Shown in pieces: positions 63,557 to 64,000 of a stretch of 64,000 nt of DNA. The notes below the pieces were generated by a model. It ran no database searches. It was not told the DNA's origin and was given only the letters and a program-made list of their open reading frames with translations. The translations under genes were made by a program, and so were the position numbers. The stretch comes from a virus (lineage: Duplodnaviria; Caudoviricetes), in the IMG/VR virus record IMGVR_UViG_3300042866_001263; one strand, given 5' to 3'. Numbering within the stretch: the stretch's first letter is position 1; every line of letters starts with the position of its first letter.

Positions 63557-63604
63557 TTGCTACGCTGCCTGTGGAGTGCCCCTCTTTGGCGGTTGTAGCA
63601 TCAA

Positions 63605-63676
63605 GTTCCTATCGACTAGCGGTTAGGTCACCACCCTTTCAAGGTGGCAGCACGGGTTCGAATCCCGTTAGGAATA
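63605..63676 (+). tRNA. trnE: tRNA-Glu(UUC)
   Basis: CCACC-CTTTCAA-GGTGG. Confidence 0.93.
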
Positions 63677-63680
63677 CTAT

Positions 63681-63752
63681 GGAACCGTAGCTCAGCGGTA
63701 GAGCACTCGGCTGATAACCGAGCGGTCACAAGTTCAAATCTTGTCGGTTCCA
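63681..63752 (+). tRNA. trnI: tRNA-Ile(GAU)
   Basis: CTCGG-CTGATAA-CCGAG. Confidence 0.94.
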
Positions 63753-63756
63753 CCTT

Positions 63757-63843
63757 GGAAGATTGGCTGAGAGGTCTAAAGCAACGGTTTGCTAAACCGT
63801 CGAAGGATTAATCCTTCCGTTGGTTCGAATCCAACATCTTCCG
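63757..63843 (+). tRNA. trnS: tRNA-Ser(GCU)
   Basis: ACGGT-TTGCTAA-ACCGT, long arm. Confidence 0.93.
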
Positions 63844-63931
63844 TAGGACTCCAGCAATGTGCTTGCTAGGATATAAAAGACTGACGCCTCCCTCTGCAGA
63901 AAGAGTAACCATCAGGTCAGCGTCCATGTAA

Positions 63932-64000
63932 TCTGAGGTCGCCAAGTGGTAAGGCAGCGGGTTTTGGTCCCGCTATTCGTGGGTTCGAATCCTACTCTCA
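63932..64000 (+). tRNA. trnQ: tRNA-Gln(UUG), truncated by the window end
   Basis: GCGGG-TTTTGGT-CCCGC; T arm complete, acceptor 3' strand cut off. Confidence 0.88.

Noticed and set aside
1-64000. CRISPR array, integrase, transposase or rRNA
   Set aside because: I saw no regularly spaced repeat-spacer units and no such motifs. The repeats found are coding or two-copy only.
20428-64000. Suppressor tRNA or stop-codon reassignment
   Set aside because: No CUA, UUA or UCA anticodon among the 19 tRNAs, and known genes end at standard stops of all three types.

Overview
This is a 64-kb segment of a large T4-like cyanomyophage genome. The evidence is T4 core genes (gp32, gp33, gp2, gp4, gp48, gp53, gp54, gp26/gp51, gp5), TAAATA late promoters, and cyanobacterial auxiliary genes (psbA, psbD, two hli, petF, gnd, cp12, cpcT/cpeT-type lyase, a porin, thyX, phoH). 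Layout: (1) 1-19 kb is an AT-rich accessory island of tailoring enzymes (SGNH-like, sulfotransferase, adenylate-forming enzyme, two radical SAM/SPASM-twitch, carbamoyltransferase) plus tail-fibre-like and S8-protease virion proteins. (2) 19-35 kb holds tRNAs, a porin/PiuC block, a long tail fibre module and a second copy of a 5-gene envelope cassette. (3) 34.6-40 kb is the photosynthesis/redox block. (4) 40-47 kb has small conserved genes, a tandem glutamine riboswitch locus and replication genes. (5) 47-60 kb is baseplate/tail. (6) 60-64 kb is a tRNA array with an HNH nuclease and several unexplained structured RNAs. I read 19 tRNAs by hand, the last truncated. The strongest candidates for undescribed biology are: two 34-aa peptides ending DPFIYK, absent from the ORF track, each heading an enzyme cassette; an NtcA-site / tandem glutamine-aptamer locus whose second aptamer encloses a whole 50-codon ORF; a T-TTT-TTC -1 frameshift that would fuse gp26 to gp51 just before the tape measure gene; a twice-present secreted/membrane cassette; and a phage-borne iron-uptake block. 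All family assignments come from motif recognition by eye, with no database searches.
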